This document shows, piece after piece, positions 1-12,924 of a stretch of 27,016 nucleotides of DNA. This DNA comes from Catajapyx aquilonaris. Taxonomy: Eukaryota. Location: the NCBI GenBank assembly GCA_000934665.2, contig KZ538274.1, positions 62,001-89,016 of the forward strand, read 5' to 3'. Position numbers and translations under genes: made by a program. Under the pieces are notes generated by a model that saw nothing but the letters and a program-made list of their open reading frames with translations, had not been told where the DNA came from and did not search any database. Position 1 is the first letter of the stretch. Every line of letters starts with the position of its first letter.

Positions 1-2163
1 TCGTCGTCCATACCGTGTAGGTGCTCCCCGTGATTGGAGGGATGTGTCGCCTGGACCACACTCTGGCACCTCCTTAGGGTACCGCTCAGCCTCCAACAGT
101 CCGGATAGAAGACGGCATGTTTCCACACGTCTGAGGCATAATGATTCTCGCAGCCCCAGCCCAACCTCCAACAGAGCACCCCTGCCTTTGGCACCACTCT
201 CTTCGAGACGCCCACTGCCTCGTGCTCCCTATGCAGCCACCACCAGTCTTGAGCAAAGGTCGAGGTGAGAATAGCCATTTAGTACCTTTGTTCTAGCTGT
301 AGGCTTTATAATGTTTTAAAAAGCTTTCATAAAGCTTTATGATTGCATTGTGCAAATGACATGGACTTAACCCCTACATTACAGCTCAGGGTGTTAATTT
401 GTGCTAGTTTTTGCTCTTAATGACGAAGTGGCTGAGACTGATTTTTATACTGTATTAAACACATGCTTGGTAAGTTTGAAATGCATAACTTTCCAAATTG
501 TTTCTTGTGGCCTATACATTACACTGAGTTATTACCTTGGCCACAAATAAACTGGACCCTGGCTAGACCTAGATCAATCTAATGGGACCTTGAAAATTGA
601 CCCATATTTACTTGAACCAGTTACAAATTCAATCCCTTCCTATTTGTCTGCTCAAGGGCATGATGTAATGGTGAAAATATTTGCCACTACTTGACTGGGT
701 CTTCTTTATCATATCATAGTACAGAGGCCTCCCTGCATTGTGCCTTATGCTGTTTCATACTGTTAAAAGCAGAGCGCAAACTTTGACATCACTATATTGA
801 ACATGCTACAATGTACGTAAATATCTAAATTTGACCCAGTATAATATACAGCATTTTACGTTACAGATATGAGGGAATTACATGTTGACATATTCATAAC
901 ATATTTTGCTTTGAAAATATTCTAGCATTTCAGGGGTTAACCCATGACATTTCCTGTCATTGAATATAATTAAGCAATCTGTTGGCTACTAGTTGCTTCC
1001 TGCATGCTCTCATTCAGTCATGGATAAGCACTTCTATAATTAACATGCTATGGTAGTCTGACAAAAAAATGCAGTTAGTGACGGAAAATATCTTCATTAT
1101 TGTTATAGTTCTGTTTTGGCTTTCACATTTGCCTTTTCAGTAAATTGCATTGTGCAATACATTTGCAGTTACTGTACTTTTTAATCTAATGAATGCGATG
1201 GAGCCAATTAGATTTGTTGTCTGTGTGTAGGCCTTAGCATTTATATGTGCACATTCCCACTTACTCTTTCGCACTAACGATGGAACGGACACATGGACGC
1301 ATAGCCTATCCCTTGACAGGTCGCCGTCTCCCCGCCGCCTCCACATGCGACCATCCCAGCAGCACAGCTACCCTCTGCTGCCAACCCGCCGTGGAGCTGG
1401 ACGCCGCCTTCCCCCAACACCCAACAAGCCGTCTCTCCTCAGCTTAGCATCCTCAGCGGTTCCCATCGGTGGAGGTCCAATGGGTCCACTGGCTCTCCCT
1501 CCCTTACCCCTATCTCTCCCCCTGCCTTTGCCCCTTCCAGCACCTCCTCCATCTCCTGGTTCCCAGGGCCCTACCCACTTCCCACAGGTTAGTCGATCCC
1601 CAACAGCACCCCCACCTGCTGGTCCCCTTGGGCCTTCCCCAGCTGGAGCGGTGCCCCTTCCAACATTAGGTGCTGGGTTACGGTCACACTCACCCTCAGC
1701 CAGCATAAACTTTCCCAAGTTGAACGCCTCACCCACGCACACCACCGGCAGTCGTCCTCCAAATGTGGCTGCAGCAGCTGCGGCAGCTGCAGCTGCTTTT
1801 AGATGGGACCGTGACAGGTGGTCACCAGCACGGGAGAGGGCTGGAGCAGCCAGTGCAGGTGTTGGTGACTGGGGAGGTGCCGGCGCCTCCGGAGTTGTTG
1901 GTGACTATGCTTATTTGGCGGAGGAAGAACCGCTGAGTTTCGAGCAGGCTTTGGCTATGGGGGGCGGTGCTGGTGGACCAAATGTGGCAGCACCTGTTGG
2001 TGGACGCCAGCTGCCGTCGCCACTGCCCAACGGGTACAAGCCCCAGAGGGGCCAACAACAGCATGACAGGGAGTGGGAGAGGGAGAGGCGGGAGATGGCA
2101 AGGACGACGACAGCAGCACAGGGTGGAGGCGCCAGTGAGTCAGATGAAGACGACTGGTGCTAG
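1..2163 (+). CDS. cac: Voltage-gated calcium channel alpha-1 subunit, Cav2/cacophony type; last two coding exons (<1-264 and 1320-2163), 5' partial
   Basis: Donor AG|gtgaga after 264 and acceptor ttgacag|G at 1320 join in frame to give TTSLEQRSR-SPSP. Downstream are QHSYP, GRRLPPTPNKPS, INFPKLNASPTH, EEPLSFEQA, RQLPSPLPNG and terminal SESDEDDWC*, motifs I recognise from arthropod cacophony/Cav2 C-termini. Branch-point-like cactaac at 1272-1278. Confidence 0.93.
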
Positions 2164-5100
2164 CCCCCCCAACCCAACAGCAGCAAAATCTCCCTTGGAA
2201 TCCCTCTCCACGTCTCTCCACAAGTGCTTTACGACCACGTGACTCGGACCCTCGTCTGTGATAGGAACTCGCCAATTTCTTCCTCCTCTTCCTGTTCCTC
2301 CTCCTCAGTCATCAACTCCTCTCCCATTTAAAACAACACCCTCATTCCCTCCCTCCCTTCTCCCTCATTCTACCCCAATGTCAAAGAACTGTGGTCTCGC
2401 TCTTTTCACCAAACGTCTTGCTCACGTGCCCAATGCTAGGCAAACTGCCCCAATTGTTGATACCACTTCTTCCCCATCCCTCCTCCAGTCTTACTTTTAA
2501 CATTGCCAGTTAATGTATATGGCAGAAACACACATACACACAGACACATACATTGGTGTAAGTGGAAGTGTCCTGTTTGATGAATATATGGTATTTTCTG
2601 CAACAGAAAATCTGCATTTAACACACTTACATTTCACTTTGAAGTCATCTGTTACATGTCCATGAACTACTTATACACAGCAATGGAAATCTTCCATACT
2701 CTGACTCAGTTGAATTGTTACAAGTCCTGAATAACAGACATGTAATCCGCCTAGTGTTGGGCACGTTGTTATACTCGTATTAAAGAGACCTTTTATAGTC
2801 GAGGCAACCTTGTTGGCAACAAGTAATCATCATGGCTACAAGAATTAATACATGTCAAGGCAAGTCATTGCCTAGTCTTTGATAACTGCTCCAGCAAAAT
2901 TCTAATCCATAGCAAGTGATGTCTCTTGTAAAGGGATGGTACCTTGGATTTGACTTCGCTCAGTAACATTAACATCTTCAAAGTGCCAAATAAGATCCTG
3001 TTTACATTTCAGCAAATTGCATTCACCCAGTATAACTTGCAAAGTATTATGCGTCAAATGTAAATCTAATCTCATTTTGTTGCCTCGACTATCACAGCAT
3101 AGGTTTACCTTAGGGAAAAGTAATTAAAAAGGAAAAAAATAAAAAATAAAAATAAACAACCAAATCTTGCCCAAAAGCGCCAGCGGTGTAAAGTCACCGT
3201 CTGAGTCAACAAGTCGTTACGTTGCGTCGCCTGCGCCAAACCGCCACTCCAATCAAAAAGTGCCCCCCCTATTGTACCCCCCATCCAGTGATCCAAACCC
3301 TATTACAGAATATCCTAACTTACAAACAAATCTCTCTCCCAAGACCCAAGACTTTATCCAACCCTTTTCAATCTAAAATACAAGATACCGATAACCCTTA
3401 CTAGACTCCCTTTTTTGTGGGATTAGGACGACAACTTAGGAACCAAAAAAAGAGATAATTAACAATATAAATGATCATAGTGTGTGAGGGGGGGGTGCTG
3501 TGCCCAATTTGCCTTGGCGGCAGAGGCGGAGAAGCCTCGTCAGGGACTCTCTCCTACGTTTTTCTACAAGTCCATTCCTGTTTCCCCCCATGTAAAAACA
3601 AAAACAAAAAAACTAATTACTGTATTACTCCTTCCCAGATTAAAAAGAGTAACTATCTACGCAAACTAACCTCAACATAGATTGCTAGTCTTCAAAGCAC
3701 AAAAAAATACATAAATACATACAGTACATAAAGTAAGTAAATAATAATCGAAAAAGTTGGATTGTGAGGTTCACATGCTGTGGTGATTTTTTTTTTGCAA
3801 TTGTTTTGGGTGACATGGGAATGAGAGATGCTTGGTAAGCATCTTGTCTGAGACAAAACATATATTCTACACATGTGATTAATTGCACTGTTTGGGTGTA
3901 AAAGGGAAATCCTCTCTGATTGCACTACATTTCATTCTGACTTGGGAATTTACAAAATAACTTCAGTATGGGATACTGTGAACATCTGGTATAACGAACC
4001 CAAATGCAAATATCAATCCTATACACTAATTTGATGTGAAGTTTTTTAAAAATGGATCTAAGAGTGAGGAGAAAGGATTGCATGAATATACAGGCCGCTA
4101 TGATGAAGTCAAATGTCAAATGTGATTTCTTTTGCTGGTACGTTTACTAAAAGCAGCCTGTGTAGTGTAATCTCACGTGATTATGGCATGTGGACGAGTT
4201 TTTAATTGGAGCCTGTATGATTTCTGTGATACAAATTTTTATTTAGCAAGCAATGGATTTAAGATCAGGTGAGGTAATCCCATGTTGACTGCTTTCATTG
4301 GCTGCCTATATTCACACACAAGTTAACAAGAATGTGATGTGCTTGTGAATAATTTATTTCCATGTATGAAAAGCCTTTTTAACATGTAAAAAATCTGTAT
4401 TTGCGTAGCTCGTTATTCTTCACTTCCTACTCAATCTTTGACGACCTTTATGCAAAAGTTGTGGAATCGGAAACACATGACACACATGCAGATTAGTAGA
4501 GGAAAAATGTGCGCAGTAAAATGTAAGCCCCAGGAAAATGGCAAAGAGACTTGCCCTTTTCTTATTCTACCTGCCAATTTCCTGGAGTAAAGGTCTATCC
4601 CTATTATATTCCTGTTGAAAAAAAAAACACAAGAAAGTTATAAAAATAATTATAATGAAAAACAGACAGTGGTAACAAAAGGTAACCTTCGCCCAACGTA
4701 ATCTCTCTCTAAGTAAAAATGTGTGCTCTCTGAAGGAAATTATGGTGAAGACGCTGATTTTTTTGGTGGAAAGCCATTTCCAACTCTCATAAGTTCCTCT
4801 CGAGATACCGTGCCCCCTCAAAAATTAAAAGGTATATATACAAAAAAAAAAAAGTCCCTAACCTTTATCCTTCCTCTCTTCCCTAAGCAATTTTACAAGA
4901 AAAATGTACATAATATATAAAAAAGAACAATTACAGATCCAATTGCAGTTCACACAGTTTCAAGTCACTAATAGACATCGTTGTTTCTGCCTAGTGTTTA
5001 TTATATTATGAAAATCCAATTACGTTATGTCGCTTGCAAGGTCAAGTTTTTAAATATAAAAAAAAGACTTCTGAACTTGGTACTTGTGTGTATTATTTAA
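2164..5100 (+). other. Probable long 3' UTR of the Cav2/cacophony gene (3' end uncertain)
   Basis: Follows the stop at 2163; AT-rich with many A/T tracts, no credible ORF, AATAAA hexamers near 3138-3156. The actual cleavage site cannot be determined from sequence. Confidence 0.5.
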
Positions 5101-5864
5101 CAAAGGTTTGGAACTAATATACCCAACTCCTAAATGCTTCATTTTTCTGCTCAACAGGAAATTGGATGCCGAGTGTATAGCAGCTCTCACAGGATGTCAG
5201 TGATTCATGTAAATATGTGGCTGAGTTATAGCAACTTCCAAGTATCTAGTAACTCCTATCAGCCTGTAACTACTGGTAACAATTAACTGATGTACTCATG
5301 TACAATACACATGGGCATGCTACCAGGCCATGCCTCCTTACAAAAAGCAGAGGACTATGGGGCTCAACAACCTCGGAGGAAATATGCAGCATTCATCTGC
5401 ATGGCTGAAGAAAATTTTGCATGTTCAGGTGAGTTCATGGCCATTTGGGTGTGCCCCATGGTTAACCATAGATTTGGACTAAAAGAGAAATATTGATTTA
5501 TGCGACAACCAGGTCTTACTTTCAAGACCATCAGTTACACTTATATGAGTAGCACCAATATCGTATAGTAACCATATCTTGTGCCATTGATATCTCTGAT
5601 TTTAGTTGCATCATCTATGATAGTCTTAGACACTTACTATGCTTGAGAGGTGCATTATATTGCATCTTTTCCCCATAAGAATTTAATGTTTTGTACAAAA
5701 TACTGTATGTATTCCCATCTGCAAAAGTGCTGTTAAATCTACAGCACTTCAGATTCACCAATGACAAAGGCAAATTTCCTACGCATAATTTGAATGGCAT
5801 ATATTACTTCTCAATAATTTATCTCATTAACATGCGTTAAATCTGACATCTCTCTACCATGCTG

Positions 5865-8200
5865 TTATTCTGTGGATACTGTTGATATTGTTGATACTGT
5901 TGACTCTTGACTAACACTTTCATTTAATTTTTTTTTTGACTTGGTTGATTTTTTTTTCTTCCCTTTCCCGTCCTTTTTGCCTTTTTTCGGTGGAGGGGGC
6001 ACTTCCACCACAGGTTTACGCTTCTTTACCGTTGGATCCTGGTTCAGTGTCGCATTGATGTGATCTGCCAGGTGATAGATATGCATCAGGTCCTGAAACA
6101 GATAGAAAAATGTTAATAAAACTTGCCAGACTGCTAGTTATTTCAACTACTCGTGTACATCATTGTAAAACATTGAATCTTGATGTGACACACGTCCAGT
6201 GAGAAGATAAAACTCGGATACCTGTTGCTCTTCTAATGTCTGCACAAGTGGTGCTTTAAAGTCATCAATGGTAAGAGACTTTTTCTTCTCCCGATCTCTA
6301 GCTTCCTGTCTCAACACTCTAAGCCGTATGTACCTAGCACGAGCAACTTTTTGTTTTTCCTGGAGTATCTTTTCTTTTTCTAGCAAAAAGAGAAACCTCT
6401 TATGGGCTAGAGCCAAGTTCAGTCTTGAATTTTCTTCTGGCGTATTCTGTTTTATAACATCCGTTCCAACATGTTTGAGGTAATAGCCCTAAAAACAATT
6501 CAACAATAAGTCAGTTTATTGACATATTGAGTCAGTGGATGAAAATTACCTTTGTAAATAAATTCATCTTTCTGACTTCACCGTATAACTGATATATTGG
6601 GTGACTCATAATTTCTTGTGCACGGTCAGCATCAGGTTCCATAAATCCCAAAAGCATTTGCAAATATGCGCGGCGATTTTCTTCTTCCTGAGTGAAAAAA
6701 ATAATACAAAAATTAAGTACTGTAGGCCTTTAGTCTACTGTTCAAGGGTTTTGGACTATTATCATTGCCCATCACATTATTGTCACCTCCAACCTCCATC
6801 ATTTCAGAATGACAAAGGTGTGTATTCCAATACGGAGAGTTCACATTTCCTGAATTACATGTCACATTTTCAAATCAGTATAGTATTACTTGCAAACTAG
6901 TACTCACACTTCGTACAAGGTTCCTAGAATTGTAGTTTCTTTCTCTCTGGATTTTCAAGTTATGCTTCAAAGCATAAATGTACTCAGGGTTAGTGAGACT
7001 AACCATATCGGATCCCATGAGCTTCTCCATTCGCACCTTCATCTGGGCAGTAAAATTGCACCTGTATGAAATGAAGGTGTAAGCTTTGCAGCAGGGTTGG
7101 TACTGTCACAGGTTACTGCACTTGATAGATATATCAGTCCCTATAGCGGAGGTGGGTTATAATGAAGTCGGGCATTAAAAACGAGATTGTATACAACTTT
7201 ATAATGAAGTACTATCAGTTACAAACATGAAAACATTTTGCCTCCATATGAATAATGCGTAAGATGGGTTGCATCAATGCTGGGAAACATATTTCAGCTG
7301 GAAACATGGCACATCATGAACACATGAAAAATCTCTAAGCAAGTGGTTCTCAGTGGAAAATATTTTAACACTGGTTATTATGGAATTGACATTAATGTTG
7401 CATAAGTTATTTTCATGTACAGTGCTATCAATAACAGAATCTGGGCTTGTGACACTTGCTTTAAGTACTGTATAATATTGTGACGTGTATACTCTTTGTC
7501 AATGCAGGTGTAGCTTTTCATTACTACATCAGGCCATTTATTTAAAATATTTTAAGTAACAGAGGTAAAAGACACAAAAACATTTTTTGCCATTTAGTCT
7601 CCATCATTAATTACAAGAATATAAGCATATTAAAATGTCTATATCAACACGATAAATATTATCTACAAGAACATAACAGCCATATCAGTGAGAAGTACCT
7701 GAATGTTACGTCGCCCATTTTGGGTTCAATGGTTAGGGAGATTAATTCTTTTGATGGCTTTTTCACAATTGTTGCATCCTTTCCAAAATTCTTAAGCTTG
7801 AATTCTTCTCCAGACATGGCAAAGATGTCGATGTCCATTTTAAAGCGTCCATCCAGCCAAACACCAGCGTAGTCAAATGATTCCTTACGGTATACACCTC
7901 CTGTGGTCTTTCCAGTGAGAAGAACCTCATTCGTAACTGGAGGACCTTCCATATTGCCAAATTTTTTGCAATTTCTTAAGTATGCACGCTGGATGGACAG
8001 ATGTTGTCTTCTCTCTTCAACTATTAATTTGGACGTATCCAAGAAAATGTGTATAAGCTTGTTACCCTGGAAATTCAGTCCAACCATAAATGGCGGCCAA
8101 TTATTACTTACAATTTCAAACTTCAGCAATAATGTTTGAACGAAATGTTTCCGCACCTTACAAATAGTGTCACTTGACTCAGCTCGTTGAGTAGATTCAT
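5865..8200 (-). CDS. Uncharacterised protein, ~397 aa, 6 predicted exons (8200-8162, 8066-7699, 7061-6908, 6687-6550, 6488-6222, 6092-5865)
   Basis: All five introns are GT-AG with matching phases; exon lengths 39+368+154+138+267+228 = 1194 nt form one open frame (MNLLNELSQVTLF-GNKLIHIF...GDVTFR-CNFTAQ...LVRS-EEENRRAY...LFTK-GYYLKH...EEQQ-DLMHIY...STVSTE*). Exon 1 is the least certain; an alternative start is the ATG at 8087. Confidence 0.75.
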
Positions 8201-8408
8201 GTCATTCAGAAACCTTTAATTACATGGGGACTAACTTGCATGCTTCCACCTGGTGTATACAAGGTCCTGGGTTACTTGTGACTATATAAGTTTTCCCCTA
8301 ACGAAGTAATTCCCAGACTATACTCAAGATTCATGAGACAATGTAGGGAGCCAGAAATGTGAATTTAACAGTAGGAACCGTCTGTTCCCTGCTAGGAAGG
8401 TGTCATGA

Positions 8409-8445
8409 TGATAAATAAGATAAGATAGATAGATAAGATAAATAA
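8409..8445. repeat. Short degenerate (GATAA/GATA)n microsatellite
   Basis: tgataaataagataagatagatagataagataaataag. Confidence 0.6.
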
Positions 8446-8486
8446 GTGTCTTTGTCCACTACAAAATGTTAAAAAAAAACGAAACT

Positions 8487-8492
8487 TTTATT
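8487..8492 (-). promoter_or_regulatory. Putative polyadenylation signal of DNAJC21
   Basis: AATAAA on the minus strand (tttatt on +) about 85 nt downstream of the DNAJC21 stop. Confidence 0.5.
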
Positions 8493-8575
8493 CCGCTTGA
8501 GAAGTCAATGTAACAACTGTAGGAGAAATTATGATATTTACTTGCAATAACTTACACAGATTAATGTCACATAAT

Positions 8576-11456
8576 TTAAGTTCTCTTTTTTCCTTTCTGC
8601 TTTCCCTTCCTTCGGGGGCCTCCATCATCACAGTCTGCTACCACCATTCCTTCCGTCGGTATTGCATGTCCAGTCACTTTCAGATGGTCATAAAGTTTGT
8701 TTTTTGAGGGGAAGGTCTGATTGCACTTTAGGCAGGTGACATCTATGCTCTGAAACCCAAAATAAATAGTGAGTGGCATAATTTAATACAATTTACTTCA
8801 GCCATACCGGTTTCTTAGCATCCTTGGATTTCCTCGCCTTGCTTTTGTTAATTTTTGCTTTTCCTGCACTGGAAGTGTCTTCCTGAGGTTCTTCAGCTGC
8901 ATGCCCATTCATGCAATTGGTGTCTACCTCTAATCCCTGCTGCTTGGCCTTTCTTCTCTGCTTCCTTGAAACAGTCTTCTGCTTTTCCTCCTCTTCACTA
9001 TCATCCATGGTTAGAGTCAATCCTCGCTGTTTCTTCTTCTTCTGCCGCAATTTAGCACTACTTTGTACTTCCACCTCTTCTTCTGAAGAATCCCCTTCTT
9101 CATTGATGTTCAAGTCTTCCAACATTTTTACTTCCTCCACTTCGTCCTTCTCTTCTTCTTCTTCTTCTTCTTCTTCCTCCTCCTCCTCCTCATTAGCATC
9201 TTCCTTTTCCAACTCTTCCTCCCCACCACGCTCTCCATTTACTACTTGTTCCTCCTCATCCGCTACTTTTCCCTCCTCATCCATCGCTTCCAACAATTCC
9301 TCTTCCCCCTCTTGTGGTATTTCGTCTTCTGCCTTTTCCTCACCTAGCTGGAAGGCAGCATCTTCTTCAAGCATGGCCATCTTCAAGATCTCCACATTCT
9401 CCTTGTGCTTCTTGGATTTCTCATGATTCACATAGCTAAATGAAAAGAAAAATGTAAGATCAACTTAGCATCTTAGCATCATGTTACTTACGGCAGGAAG
9501 CGTACTATCTCATGGTCTAAGCTAATATCGACTTGAACTTCTTTTTTTTTTAAGAAATCACATCTAAATGCAGGTATTTGATGGTTTACCATTGGATAAA
9601 TGAAATCACATGTTGAAAGAGACTAATACATACGCTTTCTGTGTGCGAAATCCTTTGTCACATGCTACACAGTAGAGCTCCTCCTCATAGTCGTCTCGAT
9701 CTAAGTTCTCACAGCCTGCCTCTATCTCCTCCAGCTCCTTCTCCATATCTGCTGTCATATTCCACTGTCCTAGCTGAGCCTGCTTAGCAACTTCCTGTCT
9801 CCTTTCCTCTAGTTGTCGCTTCCTGTGCTCCTCTGACTTCTTGGCATTGGCTGCTGCCCTTTCTTCTAGCTCCTTCTTGTGCGCCTGTACCCTTGGGTCC
9901 CTCTTCCTTGCAAAAGCAACCAGCTCACGCACCTCCTCATTCCATTTCCGCTTAGCCCGATCTCTCCCCTTCTTGTTCTCCTTCTCTATCAATCGCAGAA
10001 CTCGTCTGTTAGGAGCGTCCCTAATGTCGTACTTGTCTTCCCACGAGAAAGGCTTGGCTGTGCAGTATGACTGCCAGGAAGCATAAAATGCATGAACTAC
10101 ATCCTCGTAAGGGCTGTCTGAACGTCCAAAAGAAGGCAAGGCATCCTCCACATCATCCATGAACTTGAAATCCTCCGAGGCAATGCGGGCAAACACGTCT
10201 CCATACACAGTGAAGAAACCCTTATCACTGTCATCATATGATACGAAACAGCTGGCAGTGAAGTATGGGAACAGGTCCATACCCTCATGCTTGTAGTTGC
10301 TGCCAGCACCTGAAATGTACATGAATAATTAATGTCACTTCACAGTGGCGGAGTGGTCAGCGCCACAGCCTTCCACCTCTAAGGTCCCGAGTTCGATCCC
10401 CGGTTCGGACAGACTTATGTACGAGTAGATAGAGTTTCAATGGGTTCTCTCCGTGTTTGCATGGGTTTTCTCGGGGTTCTCCCCTTTCCTCAAACTATCA
10501 AAATCCATCACCGCAAAGGCAATGATTAAGTCAGTTAATTAAAAAGATGATCCCCTAAAAAGCCCGAGGAAGCTTATCACGGGGTATCCATTATTATTAT
10601 TAATGTCACTTTTTCGTCAATTACGGATTTACACTTCAGAAACTACAGAAGCAGTTTTGTTCAATGTACAGGCACTAATGGTAACAACATTGCTTTTAGG
10701 AAGGCCTGGTTCTAGGCCAGCCACACCCTCTTTGCGGATTGGCTCGCTCTAATGGGGCCGTCCAGACGGGCCAACCTTAGCCGCGGCCAGCTGCGACGGT
10801 TCACACGGCAACGGCCACGGCTCAGAAGTTGGCTCGCTGCTTGGCCATGGCTTGGCCTCGGCGACGGATACTGCGCGTCACTTGTTTTTCGTCGCTGCCA
10901 TGACTACCGGCCACTATTACAAATGCAGGTGGCTGTTATTAAAATATGTGCCCGTCTGAACGGGTACCGTGGCCAGCCGTGGCTCCGCAAGCCGGGGCCG
11001 ACGCCAGGGCCGCGGCCAGCCGCGGCTAAGGTCGGCCCGTCTGGACGGCCCCAATGATTACCAAATAGCCATGTTTTCTGAAGCACATGACTGCTTTTAC
11101 ACAAACTTTACAAGTGCAAAAATGACTGTGCAGACTAACGTGATAAAGTAACAATCATACCATGCAGGATTTCCTCTTTGTGCCGATCATAAAAGGCCCT
11201 CTCTTGCGGATCGGACAGCACATCGTACGCCTGCTGAATGACCTGGAACTGCTTCTTCGCCTCCAACAAGTTGTCCGGGTTCTTATCTGCATCCAAAAAC
11301 ATGGAACATGAGTGCACATGCTGGTAAACGCACACAATGAGGTTACATACCAGGATGCCACCTGAGTGCCATCTTCCTGTATGCCTTTTTCAACTCTTCA
11401 TCTCCAGCAGCCTGGGTAACCCCCAGCACCTCGTAGTAGCACCGCATCAGGGCCAT
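8576..11456 (-). CDS. DNAJC21: DnaJ homolog subfamily C member 21 (Jjj1-like 60S maturation co-chaperone); exons 11456-11351, 11286-11161, 10309-9634, 9435-8808, 8749-8576
   Basis: J domain [13 protein letters not shown]...[20 protein letters not shown] (HPD split by intron 1); [32 protein letters not shown] region; zinc finger [25 protein letters not shown]; acidic stretch; terminal C2H2 [23 protein letters not shown]. All introns GT-AG with consistent phase. Confidence 0.95.
9148..9191 (-). repeat. Coding (GAA/GAG)n trinucleotide repeat encoding a poly-Glu tract in DNAJC21
   Basis: (ttc)n(tcc)n on + strand, translated as [14 protein letters not shown]. Confidence 0.8.
10341..10598 (+). mobile_element. 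tRNA-derived SINE in DNAJC21 intron 2 (antisense to the gene)
   Basis: Pol III A box tggcggagtgg and B box gagttcgatcc; (tta)n tail; 13-bp target site duplication attaatgtcactt at 10328-10340 and 10599-10611. Confidence 0.88.
10754..11052. mobile_element. MITE, PIF/Harbinger (Tourist)-like, in DNAJC21 intron 2
   Basis: ~34-bp terminal inverted repeats ggggccgtccagacgggccaaccttagccgcggc / gccgcggctaaggtcggcccgtctggacggcccc (1 mismatch), 3-bp flanking duplication aat; GC-rich interior with repeated cggc/gccg motifs; no transposase. Confidence 0.8.
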
Positions 11457-12422
11457 CTCTCACCCTACCCTTCCAGTTGGTGCCAGCCAAAGTGTCGTGC
11501 CAGCTGTCTGTTGCACAACCACCAGTCAACGCGAGTCAACGTATGTGACGCACGCGATGTGATCCTCACTTGTTTGGTCTGCGACACCAACGCCGCCTAG
11601 GTACTGTACATCTAACCGCGGATATTTTTTCATGGTACCGGTACCCGGTACGTATTTTTCTTCCCATTTTCCTGCCCTTCTGATGTGTCCTTTTTGACTG
11701 CCCCTTTAGAATCACTTATCCAACACGACCTTGACAAGCAGTAGGCAGTCAACAGTTGGAGCGAGTGGACCTGCGTCATCCGGCCGTCATGACTGTAAAA
11801 GGTTTGTTGCTGTATGGACACTGTTAAAAGCACAAAGGGTTTCATTATTGCATTTATTTATGTAGGCCATTAATGCATACATTCTTTCAGAAAGATGTGA
11901 CCTTGCCTGTCTTTTTGGAGAGAGGTGTCACCTACACCTGTGGGCAAGAAAAATGGCTTCGGTTGAGCAGCATTGGATTATTGCAAGAAATTTAAAAAAA
12001 AACAAGTAAGTATTCCTAATTGTGATGTTCTTATTATGGGACGTGAGTATGCGTGATTTATACCAAATGTTGTAATAAAATCATTTGAAGCATCGCCACA
12101 TGTGCAACCAGCATGAATTTGATTAAATATGAGTTTTAGTGAACAATCTGCTGCGCACATATTTGGTTATCGTTTATCATTATCATAACAGTTGAAGCAA
12201 AAAATTTAAGCAGGTTTTTAGAGCATTCTGTTGTCATTTCAAATGCAAAAAATGGCAAATTCTCAACTTTCAATATCAGATTTCTACCACTTAAACCAAA
12301 ATAACTCTTCTTAGCCTCCTGAATTTTGAAAATTTTTGGATTTTCTAATTCTGCTTGGCTTATAGTGTTCATAAAACATCACCTCCGCTGCTAATTTCCA
12401 CGTTAGCAGGGTGAAAATACAG

Positions 12423-12769
12423 CCAAAATGTGATGTGCCGAAGCCACAACACCTGCATCCGGTCACGAGTCGCCGGTCCCAGTCGCCTTTCACCGCGTCT
12501 GTAGCTATCCCCGGTGCCGCAAAGTAGAAGGGTCATCATTCATCTCGCACGCTTTGAGGTCGAAGGTGATTATAATAATGGAGAGCCAGGACTCCAAGGC
12601 TCTCCATTATTATAATCGCCTTCGACTTCAAAGCGTGCGAGATGACCCTTCTCCTTTGCGGCTCCGGAGAGAGCTACAGACGCGGTGAAAGGCGACTGTG
12701 ACCGGGCAGCCGGGACCGGCGACTCGCCACTGGATGTAGGTGTTATGGCTTCGGAATATCGCCTTTTGG
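12423..12769. repeat. Long palindrome: arms of ~165-172 bp around a 10-nt loop (12588-12597)
   Basis: 12423-12587 is the reverse complement of 12598-12769 with about 15 substitutions and two indels (7 and 14 nt). Confidence 0.92.
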
Positions 12770-12924
12770 TGAGTAGTGTAATTTTTTAAAAATATTGTTC
12801 GTCACTTACACCATGCTGCGCCATTTTAATCAGCCTATGACTTTTGCCCCACCCTGTATTAGTAGTTTTTTCTTTTGATAACCACTAAATGTAACTGTGC
12901 AAAAGTCAGTGCATGACGAAACTT

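Noticed and set aside
8855..9426. Ser-rich plus-strand ORFs (and other antisense ORFs over cac and the NLR gene)
   Set aside because: Antisense shadows of real coding exons.
10344..10410. tRNA gene (also at 15403-15475)
   Set aside because: A and B boxes are present but there is no convincing acceptor stem, and each continues into a body, tail and TSD, so they are SINE heads.
11631..11653. ggtacc-rich short palindromic cluster upstream of DNAJC21
   Set aside because: Too short to distinguish from chance; no regulatory motif can be assigned.
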